Below are positions 37,862 to 59,625 of a DNA stretch of 64,000 nucleotides, piece by piece; position 1 is the first letter of the stretch; every line of letters begins with the position of its first letter. A program made the translations under genes and the position numbers. Origin of the DNA: the human T2T-CHM13v2.0 reference genome, Homo sapiens; the NCBI RefSeq assembly GCF_009914755.1, contig NC_060948.1. One strand, given 5' to 3'. The notes beneath the pieces are model-generated. The model made no database searches, was not told the DNA's origin, and saw nothing but the letters and a program-made list of their open reading frames with translations.

Positions 37862-39963
37862 AGATCCATATTTTTTAAATGAAAAAAAATTTCAAAGGTA
37901 CTCTGCTTGGTACAATAATCAAATGTATAAACTGAGGAATAAAACATAACCATGAAACCTACTTATAACTGCATATGGAAAATACAGAGGATAATTTTTT
38001 AAATAACATATTTTGAAAGCCTTAACTAGTAATTTGAAGAGTTGGCATTTGAAAGGCCAGTATGAATATACCTTCAAAGCAGCAACACAGGTTCCCCATG
38101 AGAAAAAGCAAACACAGGGAAAATAAAAACACAAAGGTTCAATCTCTTCTGACCTTTGAAAGACACAGCACAGACAGTGGTCCTTAGGACGAAGAGCAGG
38201 AGACCCCTAATTCCGTCACCATGGCGATAGGGCATAAACATTGCTGGGTGAGGGCACAATCCACATTGTGAGGTCCAACTGCTGCCAGGAAGACAGGAGT
38301 GCTTTTACATAGACCGAAAGGTCATTGAAGGCTCAGAGTTTTGTTTCAAGAACTGAATCCCAAGCCCACACGTTATTAGGCTGCGCTTCTTAAAACAAGT
38401 TATGAGATGGGAAAAAGGGCACCCACAAACATACGTATACATTATGTATATAATAATATACAGTATCATATATATAATATATATAACCTATGTATAATAT
38501 TGTTTTACATCCTGCATCTTATGTTATATATATTGTATAAAATATAATAATTGATAATATATAAGTTTTATAATTATACAATATGACATATAGTATATAT
38601 TATAATTTATGACATATATAATATATGTTATATGTCATATATAGAATATATTATACGGTTAACATACGTATTAAATATAAATTATACATTATATATATTA
38701 TATATAATATATCTGTTATATGTAATACCCATTATGCATAATATATATATTATGTCTATGTTATATATAGTATAAAACAACATATAATAATATATAATTG
38801 TATATATAAAATGCGATATATAATATATATTATATTTTATAACATATGTAATATATATTATATATTATATATAATACGTTGTATGTATAATACCTATATT
38901 AAATATATATTATATGACTATGTTATTAATTACATGTCACATGTGTTATATATTATATATTTTACATAGAATATACTGGTTACATACAATATATACTATG
39001 TTACCTATATTGTATAATTTATTACATGTAAAATAAAGAATGCAATATATTATGTAAAATTTATAATATACCATATGTGGAATGTCATATATATAACATA
39101 TAATATATGATATATGATATACAGTATATGATATATAACATACAATATATGATTCCTAATATATATGGTATACAATATATATTTTATGATATGTATTCTA
39201 TATGTTTTATATTCTGTTATATATAACTATTTGAAATTATATATAACTGTATAATATTTTATGTAAATATGTAATATAATATATATAATATATAATATAT
39301 TATATATAACTATATATTATGTTATATATACTTTTATAACATAATTTACATAAAATATCATAATATAATATATTATATTATTTCATATTACATAATATAT
39401 ATTACATATCACCCAATATAACTAACATACATAATATTATAATATAGATTATATTATGTTATATTAAATATCATATATATCATGTATCATATATTCTATA
39501 ATATATATTACACATTATATAATATGTATGTTGTCTATTATGTGATATATATAACTATATATATAATTATATTTTTATACATATAACTAGATAAACATGT
39601 AATTCTACATATTTTCATTTATAAGATGTAGAATTATATAATCATATATAATTATTTATATTCTATAAAAAATTTTATCATTATATAAATTATAATATAT
39701 AAAAATTATAATATGTACTACAAATATATATATTATATATCATATATGATATAGTACCTTTGTTATATATCATAATACATATAAATGTATATTATGTTAT
39801 CTATAATTATATAATTTCATATATAAGATGTATAATATGTATCATATATTACATATGTTATGTAATATATATAGTATATATAAGATGACACAGGATAAAT
39901 ATTATATACTATGACATATAAAATATATGAGGTTATATGTTACATATAAGGCATAGCACATAA

Positions 39964-40278
<315 letters not shown>

Positions 40279-42381
40279 AGATCCATATTTCTTAAATGAA
40301 AAAAAATTTCAACGGTACTCTGCTTGGTACAATAATCAAATGTATAAACTGAGGAATAAAACATAACCATGAAACCTACTTATAACTGCATATGGAAAAT
40401 ACAGAGGATAATTTTTTAAATAACATATTTTGAAAGCCTTAACTAGTAATTTGAAGAGTTGGCATTTGAAAGGCCAGTATGAATATACCTTCAAAGCAGC
40501 AACACAGGTTCCCCGTGAGAAAAAGCAAACACAGGGAAAATAAAAACACAAAGGTTCAATCTCTTCTGACCTTTGAAAGACACAGCACAGACAGTGGTCC
40601 TTAGGACGAAGAGCAGGAGACCCCTAATTCCGTCACCATGGCGATAGGGCATAAACATTGCTGGGTGAGGGCACAATCCACATTGTGAGGTCCAACTGCT
40701 GCCAGGAAGACAGGAGTGCTTTTACATAGACCGAAAGGTCATTGAAGGCTCAGAGTTTTGTTTCAAGAACTGAATCCCAAGCCCACACGTTATTAGGCTG
40801 CGCTTCTTAAAACAAGTTATGAGATGGGAAAAAGGGCACCCACAAACATACGTATACATTATGTATATAATAATATACAGTATCATATATATAATATATA
40901 TAACCTATGTATAATATTGTTTTACATCCTGCATCTTATGTTATATATATTGTATAAAATATAATAATTGATAATATATAAGTTTTATAATTATACAATA
41001 TGACATATAGTATATATTATAATTTATGACATATATAATATATGTTATATGTCATATATAGAATATATTATACGGTTAATATACGTATTAAATATAAATT
41101 ATACATTCTATATATTATATATAATATATCTGTTATATATAATACCCATTATGCATAATATATATATTATGTCTATGTTATATATAGTATAAAACAACAT
41201 ATAATAATATATAATTGTATATATGAAATGCGACATATAATATATATTATATTTTATAACATATGTAATATATATTATATATTATATATAATACGTTGTA
41301 TGTATAATACCTATATTAAATATATATTATATGACTATGTTATTAATTACATGTCACATGTGTTATATATTATATATTTTACATAGAATATACTGATTAC
41401 ATACAATATATACTATGTTACCTATAATGTATAATTTATTACCTGTAAAATAAAGAATGCAATATATTATGTAAAATTTATAATATACCATATGTGGAAT
41501 GTCATATATTTAACATATAATATATGATATATGATATACAGTATATGATATATAACATACAATATATGATTCCTAATATATATGGTATACAATATATATT
41601 TTATGATATGTATTCTATATGTTTTATATTCTGTTATATATAACTATTTGAAATTATATATAACTGTATAATATTTTATGTAAATATGTAATATAATATA
41701 TATAATATATAATATATTATATATAACTATATATTATGTTATATATACTTTTATAACATAATTTACATAAAATATCATAATATAATATATATTATATTAT
41801 TTCATATTACATAATATATATTACATATCACCCAATATAACTAACATACATAATATTATAATATAGATTATATTATGTTATATTAAATATCATATATATC
41901 ATGTATCATATATTCTATAATATATATTACACATTATATAATATGTATGTTGTCTATTATGTGATATATATAACTATATATATAATTATATTTTTATACA
42001 TATAACTAGATAAACATGTAATTCTACATATTTTCATTTATAATATGTAGAATTATATAATCATATATAATTATTATATTCTATAAAAAATTTTATCATT
42101 ATATAAATTATAATATATAAAAATTATAATATGTACTACAAATATATATATTATATATCATATATGATATAGTACCTTTGTTATATATCATAATACATAT
42201 AAATGTGTATTATGTTATCTATAATTATATAATTTCATATATAAGATGTATAATATGTATCATATATTACATATGTTATGTAATATATATAGTATATATA
42301 AGATGACACAGGATAAATATTATATACTATGACATATAAAATATATGAGGTTATATGTTACATATAAGGCATAGCACATAA

Positions 42382-42696
<315 letters not shown>

Positions 42697-44797
42697 AGAT
42701 CCATATTTTTTAAATGAAAAAAAATTTCAAAGGTACTCTGCTTGGTACAATAATCAAATGTATAAACTGAGGAATAAAACATAACCATGAAACCTACTTA
42801 TAACTGCATATGGAAAATACAGAGGATAATTTTTTAAATAACATATTTTGAAAGCCTTAACTAGTAATTTGAAGAGTTGGCATTTGAAAGGCCAGTATGA
42901 ATATACCTTCAAAGCAGCAACACAGGTTCCCCGTGAGAAAAAGCAAACAGAGGGAAAATAAAAACACAAAGGTTCAATCTCTTCTGACCTTTGAAAGACA
43001 CAGCACAGACAGTGGTCCTTAGGACGAAGAGCAGGAGACCCCTAATTCCGTCACCATGGCGATAGGGCATAAACATTGCTGGGTGAGGGCACAATCCACA
43101 TTGTGAGGTCCAACTGCTGCCAGGAAGACAGGAGTGCTTTTACATAGACCGAAAGGTCATTGAAGGCTCAGAGTTTTGTTTCAAGAACTGAATCCCAAGC
43201 CCACACGTTATTAGGCTGCGCTTCTTAAAACAAGTTATGAGATGGGAAAAAGGGCACCCACAAACATACGTATACATTATGTATATAATAATATACAGTA
43301 TCATATATATAATATATATAACCTATGTATAATATTGTTTTACATCCTGCATCTTATGTTATATGTATTGTATAAAATATAATAATTGATAATATATAAG
43401 TTTTATAATTATACAATATGACATATAGTATATATTATAATTTATGAGATATATAATATATGTTATATGTCATATATAGAATATATTATACGGTTAATAT
43501 ACGTATTAAATATAAATTATACATTCTATATATTATATATAATATATCTGTTATATATAATACCCATTATGCATAATATATATATTATGTCTATGTTATA
43601 TATAGTATAAAACAACATATAATAATATATAATTGTATATATAAAATGCGACATATAATATATATTATATTTTATAACATATGAAATATATATTATATAT
43701 TATATATAATACGTTGTATGTATAATACCTATATTAAATATATATTATATGACTATGTTATTAATTACATGTCACATGTGTTATATATTATATATTTTAC
43801 ATAGAATATACCGTTTACATACAATATATACTATGTTACCTATAATGTATTATTTATTACATGTAAAATAAAGAATGCAATATATTATGTATAATTTATA
43901 ATATACCATATGTGGAATGTCATATATATAACATATAATATATGATATATGATATACAGTATATGATATATAACATACAATATATGATTCCTAATACATA
44001 TGGTATACAATATATATTTTATGATATGTATTCTATATGTTTTATATTCTGTTATATATAACTATTTGAAATTATATATAACTTTATAATATTTTATGTA
44101 AATATGTAATATAATATATATAACTATATAATATATTATATATAACTATATATTATGTTATATATACTTTTATAACATAATTTACATAAAATATCATAAT
44201 ATAATATATATTATATTATTTCATATTACATAATATATATTACATATCACCCAATATAACTAACATACATAATATTATAATATAGATTATATTATGTTAT
44301 ATTAAATATCATCTATATCATGTATCATATATTCTATAATATATATTACACATTATATAATATGTGTGTTGTCTATTATGTGATATATATAACTCTATAT
44401 ATAATTATATTTTTATACATATAACTAGATAAACATGTAATTCTACATATTTTCATTTATAATATGTAGAATTATATAATCATGTATAATTATATTGTAT
44501 AAAAAATTTTATCATTATATAAATTATAATATATAAAAATTATAATATGTACTACAAATATATATATTATATATCATATATGATATAGTACCTTTGTTAT
44601 ATATCATAATACATATAAATGTGTATTATGTTATCTATAATTATATAATTTCATATATAAGATGTATAATATGTATCATATATTATATATGTTATGTAAT
44701 ATATGTAGTATATATAAGATGACACAGGATAAATATTATATACTATGACATATAAAATATATGAGGTTATATGTTACATATAAGGCATAGCACATAA

Positions 44798-45112
<315 letters not shown>

Positions 45113-47217
45113 AGATCCATATTTTTTAAATGAAAAAAAATTTCAAAGGTACTCTGCTTGGTACAATAATCAAATCTATAAACTGAGGAATAAAACATAA
45201 CCATGAAACCTACTTATAACTGCATATGGAAAATACAGAGGATAATTTTTTAAATAACATATTATGAAAGCCTTAACTAGTAATTTGAAGAGCTGGCATT
45301 TGAAATGCCAGTATGAATATACCTTCAAAGCAGCAACACAGGTTCCCCATGAGAAAAAGCAAACACAGGGAAAATAAAAACACAAAGGTTCAATCTCTTC
45401 TGACCTTTGAAAGACACAGCACAGACAGTGGTCCTTAGGACGAAGAGCAGGAGACCCCTAATTCCGTCACCATGGCGATAGGGCATAAACATTGCTGGGT
45501 GAGGGCACAATCCACATTGTGAGGTCCAACTGCTGCCAGGAAGACAGGAGTGCTTTTACATAGACCGAAAGGTCATTGAAGGCTCAGAGTTTTGTTTCAA
45601 GAACTGAATCCCAAGCCCACACGTTATTAGGCTGCGCTTCTTAAAACAAGTTATGAGATGGGAAAAAGGGCACCCACAAACATACGTATACATTATGTAT
45701 ATAATAATATACAGTATCATATATATAATATATATAACCTATGTATAATATTGTTTTACATCCTGCATCTTATGTTATATATATTGTATAAAATATAATA
45801 ATTGATAATATATAAGTTTTATAATTATACAATATGACATATAGTATATATTATAATTTATGACATATATAATATATGTTATATGTCATATATAGAATAT
45901 ATTATACGGTTAATATACGTATTAAATATAAATTATACATTCTATATATTATATATAATATATCTGTTATATATAATACACATTATGCATAATATATATA
46001 TTATGTCTATGTTATATATAGTATAAAACAACATATAATAACATATAATTGTATATATGAAATGCGACATATAATATATATTATATTTTATAACACATGA
46101 AATATATATTATATATTATATATAATACGTTGTATGTATAATACCTATATTAAATATATATTATATGACTATGTTATTAATTACATGTCACATGTGTTAT
46201 ATATTATATATTTTACATAGAATATACCGGTTACATACAACATATACTATGTTACCTATAATGTATAATTTATTACATGTAAAATAAAGAATGCAATATA
46301 TTATGTATAATTTATAATATACCATATGTGGAATGTGATATATATAACATATAATATATGATATATGATATACAGTATATGATATATAACATACAATATA
46401 TGATTCCTAATATATATGGTATACAATATATATTTTATGATATGTATTCTATATGTTTTATATTCTGTTATATATAACTATTTGAAATTATATATAACTC
46501 TATAATATTTTATGTAAATATGTAATATAATATATATAACTATATAATATATTATATATAACTATATATTATATTATATATACTTTTATAACATGATTTA
46601 CATAAAATATCATAATATAATATATATTATATTATTTCATATTACATAATACATATTACATATCACCCAATATAACTAACATACATAATATTATAATATA
46701 GATTATATTATGTTATATTAAATATCATATATATCATGTATCATATATTCTATAATATATATTACACATTATATAATATGTATGTTGTCTATTATGTGAT
46801 ATATATAACTATATATATAATTATATTTTTATACATATAACTAGATAAACCTGTAATTCTACATATTTTCATTTATAATATGTAGAATTATATAATCATA
46901 TATAATTATTTATATTCTATAAAAAATTTTATCATTATATAAATTATAATATATAAAAATTATAATATGTACTACAAATATATATATTATATATCATATA
47001 TGCTATAGTACCTTTGTTATATATCATAATACATATAAATGTATATTATGTTATCTATAATTATATAATTTCATATATAAGTTGTATAATATGTATCATA
47101 TATTATATATGTTATGTAATATATATAGTATATATAAGATGACACAGGATAAATATTATATACTATGACATATAAAATATATGAGGTTATATGTTACATA
47201 TAAGGCATAGCACATAA

Positions 47218-47532
<315 letters not shown>

Positions 47533-49637
47533 AGATCCATATTTTTTAAATGAAAAAAAATTTCAAAGGTACTCTGCTTGGTACAATAATCAAATGTATA
47601 AACTGAGGAATAAAACATAACCATGAAACCTACTTATAACTGCATATGGAAAATACAGAGGATAATTTTTTAAATAACATAGTTTGAAAGCCTTAACTAG
47701 TAATTTGAAGAGTTGGCATTTGAAAGGCCAGTATGAATATACCTTCAAAGCAGCAACACAGGTTCCCCATGAGAAAAAGCAAACACAGGGAAAATAAAAA
47801 CACAAAGGTTCAATCTCTTCTGACCTTTGAAAGACACAGCACAGACAGTGGTCCTTAGGACGAAGAGCAGGAGACCCCTAATTCCGTCACCATGGCGATA
47901 GGGCATAAACATTGCTGGGTGAGTGCACAATCCACATTGTGAGGTCCAACTGCTGCCAGGAAGACAGGAGTGCTTTTACATAGACCGAAAGGTCATTGAA
48001 GGCTCAGAGTTTTGTTTCAAGAACTGAATCCCAAGCCCACACGTTATTAGGCTGCGCTTCTTAAAACAAGTTATGAGATGGGAAAAAGGGCACCCACAAA
48101 CATACGTATACATTATGTATATAATAATATACAGTATCATATATATAATATATATAACCTATGTATAATATTGTTTTACATCCTGCATCTTATGTTATAT
48201 ATATTGTATAAAATATAATAATTGATAATATATAAGTTTTATATTTATACAATATGACATATAATATATATTATAATTTATGACATATATAATATATGTT
48301 ATATATCATATATAGAATATATTATACGGTTAATATACGTATTAAATATAAATTATACATTATATATATTATATATAATATATCTGTTATATATAATAAC
48401 CATTATGCATAATATATATATTATGTCTATGTTATATATAGTATAAAACAACATATAATAATATATAATTGTATATGTAAAATGCGACATATAATATATA
48501 TTATATTTTATAACATATGTAATATATATTATACATTATATATAATACGTTGTAGGAATAATACCTATATTAAATATATATTATATGACTATGTTATTAA
48601 TTACATGTCACATGTGTTATATATTATATATTTTACATAGAATATACCGGTTGCATACAATATATACTATGTTACCTATAATGTATAATTTATAACATGT
48701 AAAATAAAGAATGCAATATATTATGTATAATTTATAATATACAATATGTGGAATGTGATATATATAACATATAATATATGATATATGATATACAGTATAT
48801 GATATATAACATACAATATATGATTCCTAATATATATGGTATACAATATATATTTTATGATATGTATTCTATACGTTTTATATTCTGTTATATATAACTA
48901 TTTGAAATTATATATAACTGTATAATATTTTATGTAAATATGTAATATAATATATATAACTATATAATATATTATATATAACTATATATTATGTTATATA
49001 TACTTTTATAACATAATTTACATAAAATATCATAATATAATATATATTATATTATTTCATATTACATAATATATATTACATATCACACAATATAACTAAC
49101 ATACATAATATTATAATATAGATTATATTGTGTTATATTAAATATCATATATATCATGTATCATATATTCTATAATATATAATACACATTATATAATATG
49201 TATGTTGTCTATTATGTGATATATATAACTATATATATAATTATATTTTTATACATATAACTAGATAAACATGTAATTCTACATATTTTCATTTATAATA
49301 TGTAGAATTATATAATCATATATAATTATTTATATTCTATAAAAAATTTTATCATTATATAAATTATAATATATAAAAATTATAATATGTACTACAAATA
49401 TATATATTATATATCATATATGCTATAGTTCCTTTGTTATATATCATAATACATATAAATGTGTATTATGTTATCTATAATTATATAATTTCATATATAA
49501 GTTGTATAATATGTATCATATATTATATATGTTATGTAATATATATAGTATATATAAGATGACACAGGACAAATATTATATACTATGACATATAAAATAT
49601 ATGAGGTTATATGTTACATATAAGGCATAGCACATAA

Positions 49638-49952
<315 letters not shown>

Positions 49953-52057
49953 AGATCCATATTTTTTAAATGAAAAAAAATTTCAAAGGTACTCTGCTTG
50001 GTACAATAATCAAATGTATAAACTGAGGAATAAAACATAACCATGAAACCTACTTATAACTGCATATGGAAAATACAGAGGATAATTTTTTAAATAATAT
50101 ATTTTGAAAGCCTTAACTAGTAATTTGAAGAGTTGGCATTTGAAAGGCCAGTATGAATATACCTTCAAAGCAGCAACACAGGTTCCCCATGAGAAAAAGC
50201 AAACACAGGGAAAATAAAAACACAAAGGTTCAATCTCTTCTGACCTTTGAAAGACACAGCACAGACAGTGGTCCTTAGGACGAAGAGCAGGAGACCCCTA
50301 ATTCCGTCACCATGGCGATAGGGCATAAACATTGCTGGGTGAGGGCACAATCCACATTGTGAGGTCCAACTGCTGCCAGGAAGACAGGAGTGCTTTTACA
50401 TAGACCGAAAGGTCATTGAAGGCTCAGAGTTTTGTTTCAAGAACTGAATCCCAAGCCCACACGTTATTAGGCTGCGCTTCTTAAAACAAGTTATGAGATG
50501 GGAAAAAGGGCACCCACAAACATACGTATACATTATGTATATAATAATATACAGTATCATATATATAATATATATAAACTATGTATAATATTGTTTTACA
50601 TCCTGCATCTTATGTTATATATATTGTATAAAATATAATAATTGATAATATATAAGTTTTATAATTATACAGTAAGACATATAGTATATATTATAATTTA
50701 TGACATATGTAATATATGTTATAAGTCATATATAGAATATATTATACGGTTAATATACGTATTAAATATAAATTATACATTATATATATTATATATAATA
50801 TATCTGTTATATATAATACCCATTATGCATAATATATATATTATGTCTATGTTATATATAGTATAAAACAACATATAATAATATATAAATGTATATATAA
50901 AATGCGACATATAATATATATTATATTTTATAACATATGTAATATATATTATATATTATATATAATATGTTGTATGTATAATACCTATATTAAATATATA
51001 TTATATGACTATGTTATTAATTACATGTCACATGTGTTATATATTATATATTTTACATAGAATATACCGGTTACATACAACATATACTATGTTACCTATA
51101 ATGTATAATTTATTACATGTAAAATAAAGAATGCAATATATTATGTATAATTTATAATATACCATATGTGGAATGTGATATATATAACATATAATATATG
51201 ATATATGATATACAGTATATGATATATAACATACAATATATGATTCCTAATATATATGGTATACAATATATATTTTATGATATGTATTCTATACGTTTTA
51301 TATTCTGTTATATATAACTATTTGAAATTATATATAACTGTATAATATTTTATGTAAATATGTAATATAATATATATAACTATATAATATATTATATATA
51401 ACTATATATTATGTTATATATACTTTTATAACATAATTTACATAAAATATCATAATATAATATATATTATATTATTTCATATTACATAATATATATTACA
51501 TATCACACAATATAACTAACATACATAATATTATAATATAGATTATATTGTGTTATATTAAATATCATATATATCATGTATCATATATTCTATAATATAT
51601 AATACACATTATATAATATGTATGTTGTCTATTATGTGATATATATAACTATATATATAATTATATTTTTATACATATAACTAGATAAACATGTAATTCT
51701 ACATATTTTCATTTATAATATGTAGAATTATATAATCATATATAATTATTTATATTCTATAAAAAATTTTATCATTATATAAATTATAATATATAAAAAT
51801 TATAATATGTACTACAAATATATATATTATATATCATATATGCTATAGTTCCTTTGTTATATATCATAATACATATAAATGTGTATTATGTTATCTATAA
51901 TTATATAATTTCATATATAAGTTGTATAATATGTATCATATATTATATATGTTATGTAATATATATAGTATATATAAGATGACACAGGATAAATATTATA
52001 TACTATGACATATAAAATATATGAGGTTATATGTTACATATAAGGCATAGCACATAA

Positions 52058-52372
<315 letters not shown>

Positions 52373-54477
52373 AGATCCATATTTTTTAAATGAAAAAAAA
52401 TTTCAAAGGTACTCTGCTTGGTACAATAATCAAATGTATAAACTGAGGAATAAAACATAACCATGAAACCTACTTATAACTGCATATGGAAAATACAGAG
52501 GATAATTTTTTAAATAACATATTTTGAAAGCCTTAACTAGTAATTTGAAGAGTTGGCATTTGAAAGGCCAGTATGAATATACCTTCAAAGCAGCAACACA
52601 GGTTCCCCATGAGAAAAAGCAAACACAGGGAAAATAAAAACACAAAGGTTCAATCTCTTCTGACCTTTGAAAGACACAGCACAGACAGTGGTCCTTAGGA
52701 CGAAGAGCAGGAGACCCCTAATTCCGTCACCATGGCGATAGGGCATAAACATTGCTGGGTGAGTGCACAATCCACATTGTGAGGTCCAACTGCTGCCAGG
52801 AAGACAGGAGTGCTTTTACATAGACCGAAAGGTCATTGAAGGCTCAGAGTTTTGTTTCAAGAACTGAATCCCAAGCCCACACGTTATTAGGCTGCGCTTC
52901 TTAAAACAAGTTATGAGATGGGAAAAAGGGCACCCACAAACATACGTATACATTATGTATATAATAATATACAGTATCATATATATAATATATATAACCT
53001 ATGTATAATATTGTTTTACATCCTGCATCTTATGTTATATATATTGTATAAAATATAATAATTGATAATATATAAGTTTTATATTTATACAATATGACAT
53101 ATAATATATATTATAATTTATGACATATATAATATATGTTATATATCATATATAGAATATATTATACGGTTAATATACGTATTAAATATAAATTATACAT
53201 TATATATATTATATATAATATATCTGTTATATATAATAACCATTATGCATAATATATATATTATGTCTATGTTATATATAGTATAAAACAACATATAATA
53301 ATATATAATTGTATATGTAAAATGCGACATATAATATATATTATATTTTATAACATATGTAATATATATTATACATTATATATAATACGTTGTAGGAATA
53401 ATACCTATATTAAATATATATTATATGACTATGTTATTAATTACATGTCACATGTGTTATATATTATATATTTTACATAGAATATACCGGTTGCATACAA
53501 TATATACTATGTTACCTATAATGTATAATTTATAACATGTAAAATAAAGAATGCAATATATTATGTATAATTTATAATATACAATATGTGGAATGTGATA
53601 TATATAACATATAATATATGATATATGATATACAGTATATGATATATAACATACAATATATGATTCCTAATATATATGGTATACAATATATATTTTATGA
53701 TATGTATTCTATACGTTTTATATTCTGTTATATATAACTATTTGAAATTATATATAACTGTATAATATTTTATGTAAATATGTAATATAATATATATAAC
53801 TATATAATATATTATATATAACTATATATTATGTTATATATACTTTTATAACATAATTTACATAAAATATCATAATATAATATATATTATATTATTTCAT
53901 ATTACATAATATATATTACATATCACACAATATAACTAACATACATAATATTATAATATAGATTATATTGTGTTATATTAAATATCATATATATCATGTA
54001 TCATATATTCTATAATATATAATACACATTATATAATATGTATGTTGTCTATTATGTGATATATATAACTATATATATAATTATATTTTTATACATATAA
54101 CTAGATAAACATGTAATTCTACATATTTTCATTTATAATATGTAGAATTATATAATCATATATAATTATTTATATTCTATAAAAAATTTTATCATTATAT
54201 AAATTATAATATATAAAAATTATAATATGTACTACAAATATATATATTATATATCATATATGCTATAGTTCCTTTGTTATATATCATAATACATATAAAT
54301 GTGTATTATGTTATCTATAATTATATAATTTCATATATAAGTTGTATAATATGTATCATATATTATATATGTTATGTAATATATATAGTATATATAAGAT
54401 GACACAGGATAAATATTATATACTATGACATATAAAATATATGAGGTTATATGTTACATATAAGGCATAGCACATAA

Positions 54478-54792
<315 letters not shown>

Positions 54793-56897
54793 AGATCCAT
54801 ATTTTGTAAATGAAAAAAAATTTCAAAGGTACTCTGCTTGGTACAATAATCAAATGTATAAACTGAGGAATAAAACATAACCATGAAACCTACTTATAAC
54901 TGCATATGGAAAATACAGAGGATAATTTTTTAAATAACATATTTTGAAAGCCTTAACTAGTAATTTGAAGAGTTGGCATTTGAAAGGCCAGTATGAATAT
55001 ACCTTCAAAGCAGCAACACAGGTTCCCCATGAGAAAAAGCAAACACAGGGAAAATAAAAACACAAAGGTTCAATCTCTTCTGACCTTTGAAAGACACAGC
55101 ACAGACAGTGGTCCTTAGGACGAAGAGCAGGAGACCCCTAATTCCGTCACCATGGCGATAGGGCATAAACATTGCTGGGTGAGGGCACAATCCACATTGT
55201 GAGGTCCAACTGCTGCCAGGAAGACAGGAGTGCTTTTACATAGACCGAAAGGTCATTGAAGGCTCAGAGTTTTGTTTCAAGAACTGAATCCCAAGCCCAC
55301 ACGTTATTAGGCTGCGCTTCTTAAAACAAGTTATGAGATGGGAAAAAGGGCACCCACAAACATACGTATACATTATGTATATAATAATATACAGTATCAT
55401 ATATATAATATATATAACCTATGTATAATATTGTTTTACATCCTGCATCTTATGTTATATATATTGTATAAAATATAATAATTGATAATATATAAGTTTT
55501 ATAATTATACAGTAAGACATATAGTATATATTATAATTTATGACATATGTAATATATGTTATAAGTCATATATAGAATATATTATACGGTTAATATACGT
55601 ATTAAATATAAATTATACATTATATATATTATATATAATATATCTGTTATATATAATACCCATTATGCATAATATATATATTATGTCTATGTTATATATA
55701 GTATAAAACAACATATAATAATATATAAATGTATATATAAAATGCGACATATAATATATATTATATTTTATAACATATGTAATATATATTATATATTATA
55801 TATAATATGTTGTATGTATAATACCTATATTAAATATATATTATATGACTATGTTATTAATTACATGTCACATGTGTTATATATTATATATTTTACATAG
55901 AATATACCGGTTACATACAACATATACTATGTTACCTATAATGTATAATTTATTACCTGTAAAATAAAGAATGCAATATATTATGTATAATTTATAATAT
56001 ACCATATGTGGAATGTGATATATATAACATATAATATATGATATATGATATACAGTATATGATATATAACATACAATATATGATTCCTAATATATATGGT
56101 ATACAATATATATTTTATGATATGTATTCTATATGTTTTATATTCTGTTATATATAACTATTTGAAATTATATATAACTCTATAATATTTTATGTAAATA
56201 TGTAATATAATATATATAACTATATAATATATTATATATAACTATATATTATATTATATATACTTTTATAACATAATTTACATAAAATATCATAATATAA
56301 TATATATTATATTATTTCATATTACATAATACATATTACATATCACCCAATATAACTAACATACATAATATTATAATATAGATTATATTGTGTTATATTA
56401 AATATCATATATATCATGTATCATATATTCTATAATATATATTACACATTATATAATATGTATGTTGTCTATTATGTGATATATATAACTATATATATAA
56501 TTATATTTTTATACATATAACTAGATAAACATGTAATTCTACATATTTTCATTTATAATATGTAGAATTATATAATCATATATAATTATTTATATTCTAT
56601 AAAAAATTTTATCATTATATAAATTATAATATATAAAAATTATAATATGTACTACAAATATATATATTATATATCATATATGCTATAGTACCTTTGTTAT
56701 ATATCATAATACATATAAATGTGTATTATGTTATCTATAATTATATAATTTCATATATAAGTTGTATAATATGTTTCATATATTATATATGTTATGTAAT
56801 ATATATAGTATACATAAGATGACACAGGATAAATATTATATACTATGACATATAAAATATATGAGGTTATATGTTACATATAAGGCATAGCACATAA

Positions 56898-57212
<315 letters not shown>

Positions 57213-59310
57213 AGATCCATATTTTTTAAATGAAAAAAAATTTCAAAGGTACTCTGCTTGGTACAATAATCAAATGTATAAACTGAGGAATAAAACATAA
57301 CCATGAAACCTACTTATAACTGCATATGGAAAATACAGAGGATAATTTTTTAAATAACATATTTTGAAAGCCTTAACTAGTAATTTGAAGAGTTGGCATT
57401 TGAAAGGCCAGTATGAATATACCTTCAAAGCAGCAACACAGGTTCCCCATGAGAAAAAGCAAACACAGGGAAAATAAAAACACAAAGGTTCAATCTCTTC
57501 TGACCTTTGAAAGACACAGCACAGACAGTGGTCCTTAGGACGAAGAGCAGGAGACCCCTAATTCCGTCACCATGGCGATAGGGCATAAACATTGCTGGGT
57601 GAGGGCACAATCCACATTGTGAGGTCCAACTGCTGCCAGGAAGACAGGAGTGCTTTTACATAGACCGAAAGGTCATTGAAGGCTCAGAGTTTTGTTTCAA
57701 GAACTGAATCCCAAGCCCACACGTTATTAGGCTGCGCTTCTTATAACAAGTTATGAGATGGGAAAAAGGGCATCCACAAACATACGTATACATTATGTAT
57801 ATAATAATATACAGTGTCATATATATAATATATATAACCTATGTATAATATTGTTTTACATCCTGCATCTTATGTTATATATATTGTATAAAATATAATA
57901 ATTGATAATATATAAGTTTTATATTTATACAATATGACATATAGTATATATTATAATTTATGACATATATAATATATGTTATATATCATATATAGAATAT
58001 ATTATACGGTTAATATACGTATTAAATATAAATTATACATTATATATATTATATATAATATATCTGTTATATATAATACCCATTATGCATAATATATATA
58101 TTATGTCTATGTTATATATAGTATAAAACAACATATAATAATATATAATTGTATATATAAAATGCGACATATATTATATATTATATTTTATAACATATGT
58201 AATATATATTATATATAATACGTTGTATGTATAATACCTATATTAAATATATATTATATGACTATGTTATTAATTACATGTCACATGTGTTATATATTAT
58301 ATATTTTACATAGAATATACCGGTTACATACAACATATACTATGTTACCTATAATGTATAATTTATTACATGTAAAATAAAGAATGCAATATATTATGTA
58401 TAATTTATAATATACCATATGTGGAATGTGATATATATAACATATAATATATGATATATGATATACAGTATATGATATATAACATACAATATATGATTCC
58501 TAATATATATGGTATACAATATATATTTTATGATATGTATTCTATATGTTTTATATTCTGTTATATATAACTATTTGAAATTATATATAACTCTATAATA
58601 TTTTATGTAAATATGTAATATAATATATATAACTATATAATATATTATATATAACTATATATTATATTATATATACTTTTATAACATGATTTACATAAAA
58701 TATCATAATATAATATATATTATATTATTTCATATTACATAATACATATTACATATCACCCAATATAACTAACATACATAATATTATAATATAGATTATA
58801 TTATGTTATATTAAATATCATATATATCATGTATCATATATTCTATAATATATATTACACATTATATAATATGTATGTTGTCTATTATGTGATATATATA
58901 ACTATATATATAATTATATTTTTATACATATAACTAGATAAACCTGTAATTCTACATATTTTCATTTATAATATGTAGAATTATATAATCATATATAATT
59001 ATTTATATTCTATAAAAAATTTTATCATTATATAAATTATAATATATAAAAATTATAATATGTACTACAAATATATATATTATATATCATATATGCTATA
59101 GTACCTTTGTTATATATCATAATACATATAAATGTGTATTATGTTATCTATAATTATATAATTTCATATATAAGTTGTATAATATGTATCATATATTATA
59201 TATGTTATGTAATATATATAGTATATATAAGATGACACAGGATAAATATTATATACTATGACATATAAAATATATGAGGTTATATGTTACATATAAGGCA
59301 TAGCACATAA

Positions 59311-59625
<315 letters not shown>
